Below, piece after piece: positions 62,308-64,000 of a DNA stretch of 64,000 nucleotides. Position numbers and translations under genes: made by a program. The notes beneath the pieces were generated by a model. The model worked only from the letters and a program-made list of their open reading frames with translations. It searched no databases and was not told where the DNA came from. Positions within the stretch are counted from its first letter, which is position 1. Each line of letters begins with the position of its first letter. Source of the stretch: Candidatus Bathyarchaeota archaeon (lineage in GTDB: Archaea; Thermoproteota; Bathyarchaeia; Bathyarchaeales; DTEX01); contig CAVQNT010000004.1 in the NCBI GenBank assembly GCA_963714275.1, positions 63,071-127,070 of the forward strand, given 5' to 3'.

Positions 62308-62472
62308 AGGATATTAGGGTTTCGAACATTAGCAAGCTAGTATTTAGGAAGGAAGGAATTAAAATTTAATGCACACCACCAACCACCCAAGGTGTCGGGC
62401 CTAAAAAGGACTGATGTCTGGACGAAATTACAAAGCCTATGCATGGTAACTATGCATTTTTTGTTTTATTAA

Positions 62473-62660
62473 GTATCGTAGACTGATCTGATCTGTGTAA
62501 CAACCGATTTTCATTTTTGTGTAACAAACTGTAAATCGTAAAGACCTATCTGATTTGTTCATCATTCGAGTTTCAATTTTGAACAACAAACCATAATCCG
62601 AGAAGACCTGTCTGTTTTATGGCGCATTCATCCAGTTGTCTTGGGGCGCAAACCTTACCT
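62473..62660. repeat. Degenerate tandem array, three units of 61-62 bp
   Basis: Units start at about 62473, 62534 and 62595. The conserved part is ATCGTA-(A)AGACC-N-TCTGATTTGT ... AACAAAC. The variable 26-27 nt part is itself flanked by short unit-specific repeats. Confidence 0.6.
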
Positions 62661-62828
62661 GTTCCGTGAGGTGCAAAAGTTATTTTTTTATAAAGGCTGG
62701 CGTATTTTTTTGGGTTTGGGGGGCGCTGAGATTTTTATCTGTATTATTCCATTTTTGTTCGGTTGAGCTAAGCCGCCTTTTTTGGAGATAGCCATTCTCT
62801 GTTGACTCTGTCTAGATTCTTCTTTTTT

Positions 62829-63191
62829 TCAAAAAAGGCTTTTTTTTAGGCGTTCATACTCTTCTTCTAAACATTTATTTTTGATTTTCTTTGCGAATGT
62901 TGCAGTTTGCTCAAATGCTTTTGTCACGTTTTCGCAGGGGTAGTTCTTGCATTTTCCGCAGTTTTCGACACCTTTCTTCAATGCGCATTCTCGAACATAC
63001 ATTCTGTCACACTTTGTTCGCGAGAAACAGCCGGCGCAGGCCAGCTCTTCCGGTGGCACTATTTTGTTTCGGTAGCCAACTCTATACCACAAAGCTGCAA
63101 CTTTTTTTAATTGTTTCACATCACCACTTTGGGTTGCGACGTATCTTGGGCAAACGTTGCAGTCGTCGCCACAAAAACCCAACTTCTGCAT
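62829..63191 (-). CDS. DUF3795-like cysteine-rich protein
   Basis: 120 aa. FCGDDCNVCPRY at the N-terminus and CGKCKNYPCE later, typical of DUF3795. Confidence 0.65.
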   Translation of the reverse strand: MQKLGFCGDDCNVCPRYVATQSGDVKQLKKVAALWYRVGYRNKIVPPEELACAGCFSRTKCDRMYVRECALKKGVENCGKCKNYPCENVTKAFEQTATFAKKIKNKCLEEEYERLKKSLF

Positions 63192-63517
63192 AAACCTTCC
63201 TTTCCCATGATTCGTGTGTCTTCTAATTAACTTGTTGTATTTTTAAGTATAATTTTTCTTTATAAAGCAAGAAGCTAAGTGAGCTTAAAAATAAGAAGTG
63301 TTTAAGTTTTCGTAACGAAAAACCAAAACAAAAAAGTGAATTAGATGACGTATAAGCGAAGTAATAGAGAATCCCGAAAGACGCATCGAAGACACCCTAA
63401 AAAGAAGGAAAAAAGCTGAGCTAGGGAGAGGAAGTATTATAAAAATTCTTAGTTGGGTAATGAAGGGTTGCGAATACTAGCTGAGCTAAATATCATTCTT
63501 GAGGAGGTTAGGAGACA

Positions 63518-63736
63518 TTGAAAAAGAAATATTATGTCGTAATACTCGCGGCTGCAATAGCTATTTCTTCAATTATTGCATATTACTACTTCATGCCAAA
63601 AACGCAGACGTTCAAGATGGAAATTGACTACAGTCCTGGAATTGAGGCGAACACACTTGTCCAATTTCAAAATGGATGGTACCGACGGGGTAGCGTTATG
63701 CACATCATTAACAACCCCAATCAACAAACTATCTAA
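63518..63736 (+). CDS. Hypothetical secreted/membrane-anchored protein (probably frameshifted, continuing toward the window end)
   Basis: N-terminal TM/signal KKKYYVVILAAAIAISSIIAYYYF. Protein-like frames continue past 63736. Confidence 0.35.
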   Translation: MKKKYYVVILAAAIAISSIIAYYYFMPKTQTFKMEIDYSPGIEANTLVQFQNGWYRRGSVMHIINNPNQQTI

Positions 63737-64000
63737 TTGAGGAAGGGCGATTCTGTTGTTTTGAAACTTTTGGATTATCCTTCCAATGTGACACAAGAAT
63801 GGTATCTGAGATAAAATTACGTATTTTTGAATGGTGGTGGCGGACTAGGTGATATCGCATGTGAACAAATCATCTTGGATGATCCGCCGAGGTTTGTAGT
63901 TCCAGAAGACGGATATTATATTTTCGAACTTGGCGTCGACAACGTAGATGTCTACTATCCTGGGATTTCAATTGGTGTCTGGACCTTCAGTGTAACCGTG

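Larger units (their letters stand above)
60005..62390. mobile_element. Degraded casposon-like derivative (short inverted terminal modules, truncated cas1)
   Basis: The left module at about 60005-60050 (GTGCGTGTGTGC-ATTAAAATTAAT-CTTTTTCTCTC) is inverted relative to the right module at about 62345-62382 (GGAAGGA-ATTAAAATTTAAT-GCACACCACC). The cas1 3' remnant (60857..60946, minus) lies at the same relative position and orientation as in the intact element. Confidence 0.5.

Noticed and set aside
59997-62390. CCACCC(C/A)A direct repeat as a target-site duplication of the degraded element.
   Set aside because: It is only 8 nt with one mismatch, and the two copies sit at asymmetric distances from the palindromes. 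It is noted in the finding on the degraded element but not called as a feature.
62473-62660. Possible CRISPR array. Cas1 is present in the window, and the period (~61 bp) and the 36+26 nt repeat/spacer split are CRISPR-like.
   Set aside because: There are only three units. The 'repeats' are only about 70 percent identical. The 'spacers' carry their own internal direct or inverted repeats. The array is 24 kb from the intact cas1 and has no cas2 or leader context. No other CRISPR-like array was seen anywhere in the window.

Overview
Moderately AT-rich archaeal chromosomal segment. Archaeal markers include the PheRS alpha/beta pair, FEN-1 with a PIP box, ATP-dependent DNA ligase, Kae1/Bud32/Pcc1, aIF-1A, uS15 and a TFE-beta/RPC34-like protein.

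- **0.4-35.9 kb: core genome.** It holds translation and replication genes. A long minus-strand sulfur-mobilisation/cysteine cluster follows (nadA, TRASH mini-ORF, iscU, Lys-less iscS, dsrE-like, tusA-like, thiF/moeB, second nifS, cysE, cysK). Then come an anaerobe-type redox/O2-defence cluster (cyt-b5-like, FprA, FTR-like, Trx-like, flavin reductase), a membrane H+-pyrophosphatase and a CBS protein.
- **35.9-42.2 kb: the stand-out feature.** This ~6.2 kb casposon-like element carries an intact solo Cas1 (casposase-like) bracketed by long terminal inverted repeats (135 bp core with 1 mismatch). There is no Cas2, no CRISPR array and, unusually, no family-B DNA polymerase. Cargo is a trypsin-like serine protease, an AbrB-like protein, several wHTH/HTH proteins and a multi-zinc-ribbon protein.
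- **Further traces of the same element family.** Two truncated cas1 3' fragments lie at 32.8-33.0 kb and 60.86-60.95 kb. Short copies of the terminal module (G/T-rich tract + ATTAAAWTTTAAT palindrome) lie at about 33.06, 58.91, 60.03 and 62.36 kb. Together these indicate repeated activity and decay, including a ~2.4 kb degraded derivative at 60.0-62.4 kb.
- **42.2-64 kb: accessory-looking region.** It contains GNAT, an orphan FtsX/MacB-like giant membrane protein, methyltransferases, SIMPL, cupin, ArsC, a broken P-type ATPase, an internally deleted APC permease, OsmC, an M23 peptidase, FUN14 and DUF3795.

The palindromic motif AGCT-N-AGCT is strongly over-represented in intergenic DNA.

Caveat: more than 30 genes, including essential ones (pheS, fen1, lig, kae1, uS15), are interrupted by frameshifts. 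Most interruptions are therefore probably assembly or sequencing indels rather than biology. Interrupted genes are reported as single spans, with fragment coordinates given in the evidence.
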